Source of the DNA: an uncultured Chloroflexia bacterium
GTDB lineage: Bacteria; Chloroflexota; Limnocylindria; Limnocylindrales; CSP1-4
Length of the DNA stretch: 64,000 nt
Assembly (NCBI GenBank): GCA_963746845.1
Contig: CAVVCZ010000007.1
Location: 60,488 to 124,487, forward strand
Reading direction: 5' to 3'
The notes below the pieces were generated by a model, which saw only the letters and a program-made list of their open reading frames with translations, did not search any database and had not been told where the DNA came from. Each line of letters begins with the position of its first letter. Position 1 is the stretch's first letter. Position numbers and translations under genes: made by a program. Shown here in pieces: positions 18,923 to 28,352 of the stretch.

Positions 18923-20201
18923 CTACGCGAAGAGCGACTGACCGAGGTACCGGGCGGGATCGGGCACGCCAGGCAGGGTGTAGAAAAAGCCACCGCCGAC
19001 GGGGCGGATGTACTCCTCCAGCGGTTCGCCGGCGAGCCGCGCCTGGACGGCCAGGAACCCCGCCGCCAGATCGCGCTGGTAGCAGACGAAGACGAGGCCC
19101 TGGTCGAGGAGCCCGGCTGCGTCGAAGCCCCGGCTGTACGAGTAGCCGCGGCGGAGGATCCGGTTGCGTTCCGTCGCCGGCGTCCGCGGATTCGCGAGCC
19201 GGATGTGGGCGTCGAGCGGGACGACCTTGCCGTCCGGATCGCGTCGCGTAGTCCGGGATCGACTCCTCGCGCGGGCTGCCGAGAACCGCACCGGTGCGCT
19301 TCGTCCGCCCGATGATCCCTTCCTGCTCGCCGAGCGCGGTCCGGTCCCAGCGCTCGACGAACATCCGGATCGGCCGGACGACGAGGTAGCTGCCGCCCAC
19401 GGCCCAGTCCGGCTCGCCGTCCCGAGGCCCGACCCACACCAGCTCGTCGGCCACGGCGTCGTCTCCGACGGGCGGATTGGCCGTCCCGTCCTTGAACCCC
19501 AGCAGGTTGCGCGTCGTCGTGTGGCCCGGGGTCGCGGCCGGGTCCGGGCGCAGGAACCCGTCGATCAGCCAGCGCAGCCGGAGCGCGTCACGGACGCCCA
19601 TCTGGAGGTAGCGCAGGGCGTGGATGCACGCCTCCTGGTCGACCGCGCAGATCTGGATCAGCAGGTCGCCGTGGCTCAGGGCGGGGTCGATGACGTCCTT
19701 CGGGAAGACCGGCATCGGGGCGAGCTGCCGGGGCTTCCGATCGCCGAGACCGAACCGACCGTCGAACAGCGACGCCCCGACGGACACCGTCACGGTCAGG
19801 TCGGCCGGGCCTGTCGTCGCGCCGAGAATGCCGCTCTCCGGCGGCGGATAGAGCGGATCGCCGCCCTCCGGCGACCAGCCTGCGGCGAGGGTCCGGATCC
19901 GCGTCGTGAGGTCGGTCATCGCCCCGGCGAGGGTCGGACGATCCGGCGCCACGACGTCGAATGCGGCGAAGAGCGAGGCGGCCTGCGGCACGGCCGGGCG
20001 GACGATCCCGGCCTGGTGTGCGCCCTCGAAGGCCACGTGCGAGGCCTCGGCGGGGCGTGCCGCCGCGCCGCCCTGGGACGGGTCGACGGTGCCCGAGACG
20101 AGCACGCCGCCGACGCCACCGGCGACGGCCGCCGCGCCTGCTCCCGCCGCCGCAACGAGGAACCGGCGCCGGCTGAGCGCGGGCGTGGTGATCTCGGTCA
20201 T
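18923..20201 (-). pseudogene. efeB: Dyp-type peroxidase EfeB (Tat-dependent), interrupted by one frameshift near 19240-19250
   Basis: N-terminal twin-arginine signal (SRRRFLVAAAGAGAAAV), GFKDGTANP DyP motif, C-terminal HIRLANPR...RRGYSY...GLLFVCYQ...[10 protein letters not shown]. The N-terminal ~320 codons lie in one frame (inside a 1099-aa artefactual ORF) and the last 122 codons in another. The junction ...IPDYATR|[13 protein letters not shown] needs a 1-nt correction in a CGCG run. Confidence 0.75.
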
Positions 20202-20212
20202 GGCCGGGGCGA

Positions 20213-21376
20213 TCAGGCGAACAGGCCGAGCTTGCCGGGGAGCTCGGCGAGGACCTCGGACAGCTTCGCCATCCGGGCCTGGAGCGCGCCCAGGTCGGCC
20301 TTCGTGATCGCCGAGAACGGCTGGTAGCCCGACCCGTCCGCGTAGCGGCCGATGATCTCGTCGACCGCGCCATACGCCGCGTCGACGCCCGAGAGGTACG
20401 TCGGATCGACGGTCTGGATCGTCGGCCGCATGATGTCGACGATCTTCTTCGAGCCGGCCACGTTCCCGGCGATCGACCACAGGTCGGCCCCGGAGTAGCG
20501 GTCCTCCTCCCCGGTCAGCTTCGACTGGGCGACCTCCTCGATCAGCTCGCCGGCGCCGCGGGCCATGACCCGGGGCTCGATGTCCAGGGTCGCGAGCCGC
20601 TTGCCCAGCTCGGTCGCGTCGGCGCCGAGGCCCGCGGCGATCGGTGCGAGCCCGTTCGTCGTGCCGTCCTTCCACAGCCCCTTCTCCAGGCGGTGCCAGC
20701 CGAGGAACGCCGGATCGTCGACGCCGCCCGCGAAGTCCTCCTCGCGGGCGTCCATCCGCGTGTCGAGGTCCGAGAACAGCTCCGCGACCGGCTCGATCCG
20801 CTCCCAGGCCGGGCGCGACGGCGCGTAGGCGGCCTTCGCCGCATCGAGCTTGCCGTCCTCCACGGCGGTGACGAACGGCGCGAGGTTCTGCGTCAGCTCG
20901 GCGGCCTGCTCGCGGACGTACGTCTCGTATGCGGTCCGATAGCCCGCCAGGGTCGCAGCGTCGATGACCGCGCTGGACGGCCGGGGGGCCGAGCCGCCGG
21001 TCACGGCCAGCTGGCCGCGCGGTGCCTGGAGCGAGTAGCAGATCAGGGCGTAGGTGCCACCGTCGAGGCGGGTCGCGAAGTTGATCACGAACCCGGGGAC
21101 GATGTTCTCGACCTCGTCGACGACACGGGTGCCGGACAGGACCTCGAATTCGGCCGCATCCGGGCCGCCGTTCGTCACCTCGAACACGACCCGGCCCGCC
21201 GTGGCGTTGAGGCTGCCGGGCGTACAGCCGCTCGCCGTCAGCGTCACGGGGATCCGCGCCTCGGCATCACCGGCCGCCGTGCCGGATCCCGCCGGTGACG
21301 CGCTGCACGCGCCGACGACGACGGCGACCAGGGCCGAGGCGGCGAGGCGCGTGGAGCGGCGAGAACGGGTCGTCAT
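20213..21376 (-). CDS. efeO: iron uptake system component EfeO (cupredoxin-like N-domain plus imelysin/M75-like domain), lipoprotein
   Basis: 387 aa. N-terminal signal with lipobox-like VVGAC. Overall match to the EfeO pattern, and immediately upstream of efeB in the same orientation. Confidence 0.75.
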   Translation of the reverse strand: MTTRSRRSTRLAASALVAVVVGACSASPAGSGTAAGDAEARIPVTLTASGCTPGSLNATAGRVVFEVTNGGPDAAEFEVLSGTRVVDEVENIVPGFVINFATRLDGGTYALICYSLQAPRGQLAVTGGSAPRPSSAVIDAATLAGYRTAYETYVREQAAELTQNLAPFVTAVEDGKLDAAKAAYAPSRPAWERIEPVAELFSDLDTRMDAREEDFAGGVDDPAFLGWHRLEKGLWKDGTTNGLAPIAAGLGADATELGKRLATLDIEPRVMARGAGELIEEVAQSKLTGEEDRYSGADLWSIAGNVAGSKKIVDIMRPTIQTVDPTYLSGVDAAYGAVDEIIGRYADGSGYQPFSAITKADLGALQARMAKLSEVLAELPGKLGLFA

Positions 21377-21548
21377 GTCGGCGAGCGTGCCTCCGTGGTT
21401 GGTCGCGATCGGGCGGCACTCCGCGCCGCGCCGCGTCGCTCCGGCGGGCGGAATGGTAAGCCAACCTGCCTCAGCAGGGCAAGGGCACTTGCGTTACGAT
21501 ACCAAGTATGCTTGCTGACCAGCCACCAGCCGGCCCGGGACTCCGGGC

Positions 21549-22385
21549 GTGATCCCGGCCTTCCTGATCACCCTCCGCGAGGGGCTCGAGGCGGCCCTGA
21601 TCGTCGGGATCGTCGCCGCGTATGTCGTCCGCGTCGGCCGGCGCGACGCGCTGCCGAAGGTCTGGTTCGGCGTGGCAGCGGCCGTCGGCCTGTCGATCGG
21701 GATCGGGCTCGTCGTCGTCGCCACGATCGAACGCCTGCCGCTCGTCGTCCAGGAGTCGATCGAGGGCGCGACCGCACTGCTCGCCGTCGCGATCCTGACC
21801 TGGATGCTCTTCTGGATGCGCCGCCAGGGCCGAGCGATGAAGGGCGAGCTCGAGCACGGCGTCGATCTGGCCCTCGCGAAGGGCTCGGTCGCGGCGCTCG
21901 TCGGCCTCGCGTTCGTGGCCGTCTTCCGCGAGGGCATCGAGACGGTCCTGTTCATGGCCGTGGTCTTCTCGGCGACGCAGGTGGGTCCCGGCCCAGCGTT
22001 CGGGGCCATCGCCGGTCTCGCGGTCGCGGTGCTGATCGGCTGGGCGATCTTCGTCGCCGGCGTCCGGATCGACCTGCGCCGCTTCTTCTCGATCACCGGG
22101 GTGCTCCTGATCTTCGTGGCGGCGGGCCTGTGCGCCTTCGCCGTCGGCGAATTCGGCGAGGCGGGGCTGATCTCGAACACCGGCGCCGTCTTCGACCTGA
22201 GCGGGGTCCTGCCGGTGACCAGCGCGCTCGGGAGCGTGCTCGCGGGGCTCTTCGGCTATCGAGCGTCCCCCACCCCGCTCGAGCTGATCGCGTACTTCGC
22301 CTACCTGATCCCGGTCCTGACGCTGTTCCTCCTCGGGGATCGCCGGTCGGCACCGCGGGCGAAGCCGGTCGACGCCGGGGCCTGA
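21549..22385 (+). CDS. efeU: FTR1-family high-affinity iron permease (EfeU)
   Basis: 278 aa, 7 TM, two REGLE/REGIE motifs (LREGLEAALIVG and FREGIETVLFMA) diagnostic of FTR1/EfeU. Divergent from efeO. Confidence 0.8.
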   Translation: MIPAFLITLREGLEAALIVGIVAAYVVRVGRRDALPKVWFGVAAAVGLSIGIGLVVVATIERLPLVVQESIEGATALLAVAILTWMLFWMRRQGRAMKGELEHGVDLALAKGSVAALVGLAFVAVFREGIETVLFMAVVFSATQVGPGPAFGAIAGLAVAVLIGWAIFVAGVRIDLRRFFSITGVLLIFVAAGLCAFAVGEFGEAGLISNTGAVFDLSGVLPVTSALGSVLAGLFGYRASPTPLELIAYFAYLIPVLTLFLLGDRRSAPRAKPVDAGA

Positions 22386-22395
22386 TCCGGCTCCG

Positions 22396-23331
22396 TCAAC
22401 CGCGCGTCGAGAGGTCGGCGAGGGTCGGCGGGTCGGCGCCCGCCCGGCCGACCGTCCAGGACGCGACGCGCACCGCGAACCGGACGGCGTCGAGGACGGC
22501 GTCCGCGTCATGGAGGTCCTCCCGTCCCCGTCCCGAGTGCGTCCAGGCCGCCAGGAACCCGGCCGCGAACGCGTCGCCCGCGCCGACGGTGTCGACGAGC
22601 GGGACCCGCGGGACCGGGATCTCGACCGTGCCCGCGGGGCGGACGATCCGGATCGGCGCCGGGCCGTCCGTCAGCAGGACGATCGCCGGCCCCGCTGCGA
22701 CGAGCCCGCGCGCGGCGGCGATCGCGTCGGCGCCGGGGGCGAGCCAGCGGAGGTCGTCGACGCTGACCTTGACGACGTCGGCACGGCGCACGACCGCCTT
22801 CAGCCGCGCCCGGTAGACCGTCTCGTCGAGGATCGCCGCCGGGCGGATGTTCGGGTCGAGCATCACCAGGACGGCCGAGTCGGCCGCCGCGACCAGATCG
22901 GCGATCGTCGTCGCCGTCGGCTCCAGCACGAGGCCGAGCGTGCCCACGTGGAACACCGCCGCGGTCGGCGGCAGCCCGTCCGGAAGGTCGTCAGAGCGGA
23001 GCCCCGCCGCCGCGGAGCCCGGCGGCTCGAACCGGTAGGTCGCCGCGCCATGGGCGTCGAGCGAGGCGATCGCCTGGAGGGTCGGCTCGTCCGTGTCCCG
23101 GGTCAGCGACAGGTCGACGCCGTCGTCTTCGAGGAGTCCGCGGAGAACACGCCCGTCGGGGTCGGTCGAGAGGCGGCCGAGGAACGCCACCCGGCAGCCG
23201 AGCCGGCCCAGGGCACGCGCGGTCGTGAACGGTCCGCCGCCGGGCACGGCATCGACCCGCCCGTCGGTCCGCGCGATCCGGTCGATCAGGCTCTCCCCGG
23301 CGACGACGATCAGGGGTCGGTCATCGGACAT
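22396..23331 (-). CDS. PfkB-family carbohydrate kinase (fructokinase/ribokinase-like)
   Basis: 311-aa protein starting MSDDRPLIVVAGESLIDRI, with C-terminal PfkB signature DTVGAGDAFAAGFLA. ATG at 23329-23331 inside a longer artefactual ORF. Confidence 0.8.
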   Translation of the reverse strand: MSDDRPLIVVAGESLIDRIARTDGRVDAVPGGGPFTTARALGRLGCRVAFLGRLSTDPDGRVLRGLLEDDGVDLSLTRDTDEPTLQAIASLDAHGAATYRFEPPGSAAAGLRSDDLPDGLPPTAAVFHVGTLGLVLEPTATTIADLVAAADSAVLVMLDPNIRPAAILDETVYRARLKAVVRRADVVKVSVDDLRWLAPGADAIAAARGLVAAGPAIVLLTDGPAPIRIVRPAGTVEIPVPRVPLVDTVGAGDAFAAGFLAAWTHSGRGREDLHDADAVLDAVRFAVRVASWTVGRAGADPPTLADLSTRG

Positions 23332-23385
23332 CGCCGAAGCGTAGGGCGGCCGCCGAGCCGGCGTCCGTGCCGGTAGGCTGCCGCG

Positions 23386-24090
23386 ATGGACCGGCTGACG
23401 AGCGTTGCGGAGCTGCTGGACGGGCCACTCGACGACGAGCGCGCGCTGGTCGGCAACCTGCGCGACCTCGCCCGGCTCAACCGGCTGACCGGTGGAGCCC
23501 GCCTGTCTCAGCGGGCCATCGCGTCGTTGGCGCCAGACCGAGGAGCGCCGATCGCGACGCTGCTGGACGTCGGCACGGGCGCCGCCGACATCCCGATGAC
23601 GCTGCTGGCCGCCGCCCGGCGCGCGGGCACGACCCTCACGATCACCGCGACCGACAGCCGGCCCGAGGTGATCGCCGCGGCGCGCACCGCCCGCCCGGCG
23701 ATCGACCGGGTCGACGGGCTGGAGCTCGCGATCGCCGACGGACGCGGCCTGCCCTGGCCGGATGCCGCGTTCGACGTCGCGCACGCGTCGATGGTGCTGC
23801 ACCACCTCGAGCCGGACGACGCGGTCGCCTTCCTCCGGGAGCTGCGGCGGGTGGCCCGGATCGGGATCGTCGCGAACGACCTGGCCCGCGGGCGGCTCAA
23901 CTGGGTCGGGGCATGGGTGCTGATCCACGCCACTGCGACGAGCCGGTTCACCCGCCACGATGGCCCCCTGTCGGTACGGCGCGCGTACACGCGCCGGGAG
24001 CTGGACGAGCTCATCGCGGCGGCGGGTCTGACGCCCATGCGCACGGTCGTGGGCTTCGCCGGGCATCGGGTCGCGATCGCCGCTCGGTGA
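23386..24090 (+). CDS. class I SAM-dependent methyltransferase
   Basis: Motif I LDVGTGAADIP and a post-I acidic residue pattern. 234 aa. Confidence 0.75.
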   Translation: MDRLTSVAELLDGPLDDERALVGNLRDLARLNRLTGGARLSQRAIASLAPDRGAPIATLLDVGTGAADIPMTLLAAARRAGTTLTITATDSRPEVIAAARTARPAIDRVDGLELAIADGRGLPWPDAAFDVAHASMVLHHLEPDDAVAFLRELRRVARIGIVANDLARGRLNWVGAWVLIHATATSRFTRHDGPLSVRRAYTRRELDELIAAAGLTPMRTVVGFAGHRVAIAAR

Positions 24091-24123
24091 GCCGGCCGCG
24101 TTCCAGCGACTACGCTCCGCGCG

Positions 24124-25314
24124 ATGGAGCGACGCGAGGTCCTGATCGTCGGCGGGGGTCCGGCCGGCGCCGCAACGGCGATCGGGCTGGCGCGGCGCGG
24201 CCGCGACGTGCTCCTCGTCGAGCGCGCTCCCGTGTGGCGCTGGCGGGCGTGCGGCGTGTTCACGTCGCCTGCGACGGTTCGTGCGCTGCGGCGTATCGGC
24301 GTCGCGGACGAGGACCTGGCGCGGGTCGCGCGGCGGGTGCCAGCGATGCGCGTCGAGACGCCGGCGGGGACGATGTTCCGCCTGACCTACGGAGACGACG
24401 GCTCACTCGGCTCGGCGGCGGTCGGGCTCGATCGGTCGACGCTGGATCCGTGGCTCCTCGGCCTTGCCCGGGCGGCGGGTGCCGAGGTCCGCGAGGGCGT
24501 GTCTGTCCGTTCCGTCCGGGAGGGCGGGGCGGTGGCGGCGGACGGAGCGGAGATCGAGGCCCGGGTCGTCGTCGGGGCGGACGGGCTGCGATCCGTCGTC
24601 GCGCGGGACGCGGGCGTCGTTCGAAGGCCGCCACTCGGCGATCGTCCGGCGCTCACCTTCCACGTCGAGGATCCCGGGCCGGACGTCGCACGGGACGCAC
24701 GAATGGTCGTCTTCGACGGCGGCTACGTCGGTCTGGCACCCGTTCCTGGTGGCCGGGTGAACGTCGGGATCGTCCTCGCGACCCGGAGCTGGCGCGATCG
24801 ACTGCGGGCGGAGGGCGCCGCCGCCGTCGCGGCCGCGGTCCTGGCGGCGATCCCGCCGGCCGACGACGACCCGGTCCCGTGGGCGGCGCCGCGGATCCGC
24901 GATGGGTTCGAGGGCGCGTCGCCGGTCGGGACACGCGTCGTGACCCGGGCCGGGGCTCGGTGGCTCCTCGTCGGGGACGCGGCGGGCTTCCTCGATCCGT
25001 TCACGGGCGAGGGCCTCCACCGGGCCCTGCGATCGGCGGAGCTCGCGACGGCCGCCACGGACCGATTCCTGACCGGTGACCCGGCCGCGCTCGGCGCGTA
25101 CGACCGGGCGCTCGCCCGTCGCACGCGATCGAAGGATGCTGTCAGCCTGATCGTCCAGGCGTTCCTCGAGGTCCCCGCGCTCTTCGACTACGCGGCCCGC
25201 CGGCTCGCGGCGCGGTCGACGGTCCGTGAGACGATGGGCCTCGTGATGGGCGACCTCGTCCCGGCGTCGACGGCCTTCGACCCGCGCTTCCTCGTCGGGC
25301 TCCTCCGCCCGTGA
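24124..25314 (+). CDS. FAD-dependent oxidoreductase, geranylgeranyl-reductase family
   Basis: N-terminal dinucleotide fold VLIVGGGPAGAATAIGLARRGRDVLLVER, GDAAGF motif (LLVGDAAGFLDPFTGEG) typical of the geranylgeranyl-reductase/MenJ-like family. 396 aa. Confidence 0.75.
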   Translation: MERREVLIVGGGPAGAATAIGLARRGRDVLLVERAPVWRWRACGVFTSPATVRALRRIGVADEDLARVARRVPAMRVETPAGTMFRLTYGDDGSLGSAAVGLDRSTLDPWLLGLARAAGAEVREGVSVRSVREGGAVAADGAEIEARVVVGADGLRSVVARDAGVVRRPPLGDRPALTFHVEDPGPDVARDARMVVFDGGYVGLAPVPGGRVNVGIVLATRSWRDRLRAEGAAAVAAAVLAAIPPADDDPVPWAAPRIRDGFEGASPVGTRVVTRAGARWLLVGDAAGFLDPFTGEGLHRALRSAELATAATDRFLTGDPAALGAYDRALARRTRSKDAVSLIVQAFLEVPALFDYAARRLAARSTVRETMGLVMGDLVPASTAFDPRFLVGLLRP

Positions 25315-25799
25315 CCGAGCCCGGTCATGTGCCGCCGGACGAGGCGAAGCTCCCGCGGCGGACACGCCTGGGCGGCTACGCGCTCTGCACGGACGAGCAG
25401 GACCGGATCCTGCTCGCCCGCCTGTCCGCGATCGAGGTCGACGTGGGCGCGTGGACCCTGCCCGGCGGCGGCGTCGACTTCGGCGAGCACCCGGACCACG
25501 CGGTGATCCGCGAGCTCGAGGAGGAGACCGGCCTGATCGGGGAGATCGACGGCGTCGCGGGCGTGTTCTCGCACGTCTACCGCCAGTCGCGCGCCGTCGC
25601 GGGCGCCGATCTCCACTTCCTCGGGATCCTGTACGTCGTCCGGGTCGTGGGCGGGCAGCTCCGCGACGAGGTCGACGGGACGACCGACGCCGCCCGCTGG
25701 TTCCGCCGGGACGAGCTGGCCGCGGTTCGCCTCGTCGAGATCGCGCGGTTCGGGGTGGATCTGGCGTTCGAGCGCCTGGCGGACCGGGCCGGGGCATGA
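25311..25799 (+). CDS. NUDIX hydrolase
   Basis: Nudix box GGGVDFGEHPDHAVIRELEEETGL. Start overlaps the stop of the upstream gene. Confidence 0.8.
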   Translation: MTEPGHVPPDEAKLPRRTRLGGYALCTDEQDRILLARLSAIEVDVGAWTLPGGGVDFGEHPDHAVIRELEEETGLIGEIDGVAGVFSHVYRQSRAVAGADLHFLGILYVVRVVGGQLRDEVDGTTDAARWFRRDELAAVRLVEIARFGVDLAFERLADRAGA

Positions 25800-26305
25800 G
25801 GAGCACGATCGGGATCGATGTCGCGGCTCCCGCCGAGCTGGTCTTCCGGCTGGCGCACGACGTGGAGCGCTGGCCGCGGCTCCTCCCCCACTACGTCGCC
25901 GCCACCCGCCTCGCGCCCGAGGACGTCGCAGGTCGGCTCGACGTGCGGTTCGTGGCCCGGCGGGCGTTCGTCCCGGTCCTCGGGCTCGGCATCCCGGTCG
26001 CCTGGCGTTCGCTGACCTGGTCCGAGCCGGAGGCCTGCCGGCTGCGGTTCGTCCATCGCGGCGGGGCGACGAACGGGATGGACGTGACCTGGCGGATCGA
26101 GACCCGCGAGGGCGGCGCCAGCCGGGTCGAGATCGACCACGACTTCCGGCCGCGGGTGCCGGGCTGGGCGTGGGCGATCGACCGGTTCTTCACGCGGCCG
26201 ATCGCCGGCCGAACGCTCGCGACCTTCCGGGCGCTGGCCGAGGCGATGGCCGAAACCACGACCGGGACGTCCGAACGGCCCGCCACGACGAACCCATCCT
26301 CGTGA
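25796..26305 (+). CDS. SRPBCC-superfamily protein (polyketide cyclase/dehydrase-like fold)
   Basis: 169 aa MRSTIGIDVAAPAELVFRLAHDVERWPRLLPHYV..., matching the Bet v1-like/cyclase-dehydrase family pattern. ATG overlaps the NUDIX stop (ATGA). Confidence 0.6.
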   Translation: MRSTIGIDVAAPAELVFRLAHDVERWPRLLPHYVAATRLAPEDVAGRLDVRFVARRAFVPVLGLGIPVAWRSLTWSEPEACRLRFVHRGGATNGMDVTWRIETREGGASRVEIDHDFRPRVPGWAWAIDRFFTRPIAGRTLATFRALAEAMAETTTGTSERPATTNPSS

Positions 26306-27567
26306 GCGATCGTCGACGCGTCTGGATCACCGGGATCGGGCTGATCACCGCGATCGGGACCGGCGTCGACGCCTTCCGGGCAGGCCTGCGCGCCGGCTGC
26401 TCGCCGATCAAGCGGATCGACCGGTTCGATCCGTCGCCGTTCCGGAGCCAGGTCGCCGCCCAGATCGACGACTTCGACCCGGCCGCCTGGATGCCCCCGA
26501 AGACCGCCCGCCAGCTCGACCGGTTCAGCCAGTTCGGGCTGGTGGCCGGTCAGCTCGCGCTCGAGGACGCCGGGCTGCGGCCGGGCGAAGGCGGTGCGGC
26601 CGCCCGCGAGCGGATCGGCATCTTCCTCGGCAGCGCGCTCGGCGGGATCGCCTACGCCGAGGGCCAGCACGAGCGCTATCTCGAGCGCGGGATCAAGGCC
26701 GTCGCACCGAACCTCGCGCTCGCGGTCTTCGGTGGTGCGGCGCCCGCCAATCTCGGCATCGCGCTCGACGTCCGCGGGCCGATCCTGTCGACCGCGAACT
26801 CGTGCGCGTCGGGGGCCGTCGCGCTCGGCGAGGCGCTGAACGCGATCCGGGACGGCGAGGTCGACGCCGCGGTCGCGGGCGGGGCGGAAGTGCCGCTGAG
26901 CGCGCTCGCGTTCGGGGCGTTCGACATCATCCGGGCCCTGTCCGACGGCCGGAACGACGACCCGGCCCGGGCCTGCCGCCCGTTCGACGCCGGCCGCGAC
27001 GGCTTCGTCATGGGCGAGGGCGTCGCGCTGCTCGTGCTCGAGGCGGAGGAGATCGCTCGGGCGCGGGGCGCGGAGCCGTACGCCGAGCTCCTCGGCTACG
27101 GCGCGACGTCGGACGCGTTCCACATGGTCCAGCCGCGGGCGGACGGATCGGAGGCCGGCCGCGCGGCGACGATCGCGCTGCGGGACGCAGGCGTCGCGCC
27201 GGACGAGATCGACTGGGTGAGCGCCCACGCGTCGTCGACGCCGCTCGGCGACATCGCGGAGGCGCGGGCGATCCGGCTCGCCCTCGGGGAGCGGGCCGCG
27301 ACCGTTCCCGTCAGTGGCACGAAAGCGCTCTACGGCCACCCGCTCGGTGCGTCCGGGGCAATCGAGGCCGCGATCTGCGCCCTCGCGATCCGGGACGGCT
27401 GGGTCCCTGCGTCGGCGAACCTGACGGCGCCCGAGCCCGAGATCGACGCCCTGCTGCCGGGTCTGCTCCACGCCGGTCGCGACGGCACGTATCGGCGGAT
27501 CCTGTCGACCTCGTTCGGGTTCGGCGGCCTCAACGGGGCTGTGGTGATCGGCGCAACCGGCGGATAA
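26302..27567 (+). CDS. beta-ketoacyl-ACP synthase (KAS II/FabF-like)
   Basis: GTG start overlapping the upstream stop. Ketosynthase motifs, with the active-site Cys in STANSCASGAVALGEA and the two His regions (SAHASSTPLGD, GHPLGASGA). About 421 aa. Confidence 0.85.
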   Translation: MSDRRRVWITGIGLITAIGTGVDAFRAGLRAGCSPIKRIDRFDPSPFRSQVAAQIDDFDPAAWMPPKTARQLDRFSQFGLVAGQLALEDAGLRPGEGGAAARERIGIFLGSALGGIAYAEGQHERYLERGIKAVAPNLALAVFGGAAPANLGIALDVRGPILSTANSCASGAVALGEALNAIRDGEVDAAVAGGAEVPLSALAFGAFDIIRALSDGRNDDPARACRPFDAGRDGFVMGEGVALLVLEAEEIARARGAEPYAELLGYGATSDAFHMVQPRADGSEAGRAATIALRDAGVAPDEIDWVSAHASSTPLGDIAEARAIRLALGERAATVPVSGTKALYGHPLGASGAIEAAICALAIRDGWVPASANLTAPEPEIDALLPGLLHAGRDGTYRRILSTSFGFGGLNGAVVIGATGG

Positions 27568-27615
27568 GCGGTTCGGCGTAGAGTCGGGTCGAACGACAGC
27601 ACCGGAGAACCCGCC

Positions 27616-28344
27616 ATGGCCGTTGCCTCACCCAGCTTCGCCGGCTTCCGACCGGAGGCCATCCAGTTCCTCGCGGACCTCGCCGAGAACAACGACCGGG
27701 CGTGGTTCCAGCCGCGCAAGGCGGAGTTCGAGCGGCTCCTCAAGACGCCGATGGAGGAGCTCTGCGTCGCCCTCGAGGCGGAGTTCCGCGCCCGCGATCT
27801 GCCGCTCCACGCAGACCCGGCCCGGTCTCCGTTCCGGATCTACCGCGACACGCGCTTCTCCAAGGACAAGTCGCCGTACAAGACTCACGTCTCCGCGAGC
27901 TTCGGCTGGGCCGGCGACGGCGTCGGGGCGGCCGAAGGGCGGTCGCACACGGACAACGTCCATGCGAGCGGCGGGTACTTCCACCTCCAGCCCGGCGAGA
28001 TCTACGTCGGCGGCGGGGTCTGGCACCCGGATTCGGCCTGGCTGGCCGGCTTCCGCCGGCGTGTGGCGGGCGATCTCGATGGCTTCAGGGCGATCGCCGA
28101 GGCGCCGGCGTTCACCAAGGCATTCGGGCGGGTCAGCGACGACGGCGAGTCGCTGAAGCGCGTCCCGCCCGGCTATCCCGCCGATCACCCGGCGGCGGAC
28201 ATCCTCCGCCTCAAGAACGTGACCTTCGGTCGACGGCTGTCGGACGACGAGGCGCTCTCCCCGAAGCTCCCGACCGTGATCGTCGACACGTTCGCCCTCG
28301 GGACGCCGCTCATGCGCTACCTCGCGACGATCGGCGCCGGCTGA
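27616..28344 (+). CDS. DUF2461/TIGR02453-family protein
   Basis: 242 aa beginning MAVASPSFAGFRPEAIQFLADLAENNDRAWFQPRKAEFE, matching the conserved DUF2461 N-terminus. Confidence 0.65.
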   Translation: MAVASPSFAGFRPEAIQFLADLAENNDRAWFQPRKAEFERLLKTPMEELCVALEAEFRARDLPLHADPARSPFRIYRDTRFSKDKSPYKTHVSASFGWAGDGVGAAEGRSHTDNVHASGGYFHLQPGEIYVGGGVWHPDSAWLAGFRRRVAGDLDGFRAIAEAPAFTKAFGRVSDDGESLKRVPPGYPADHPAADILRLKNVTFGRRLSDDEALSPKLPTVIVDTFALGTPLMRYLATIGAG

Positions 28345-28352
28345 GCCGTCGG

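Noticed and set aside
17376-20675. 1099-aa ORF on the minus strand spanning the efeB/ALDH region
   Set aside because: Only its central part (the DyP N-terminal 320 codons) is real. The rest is Arg/Pro/Gly-rich translation of the wrong frame over the ALDH and efeO genes, a typical high-GC open-frame artefact.
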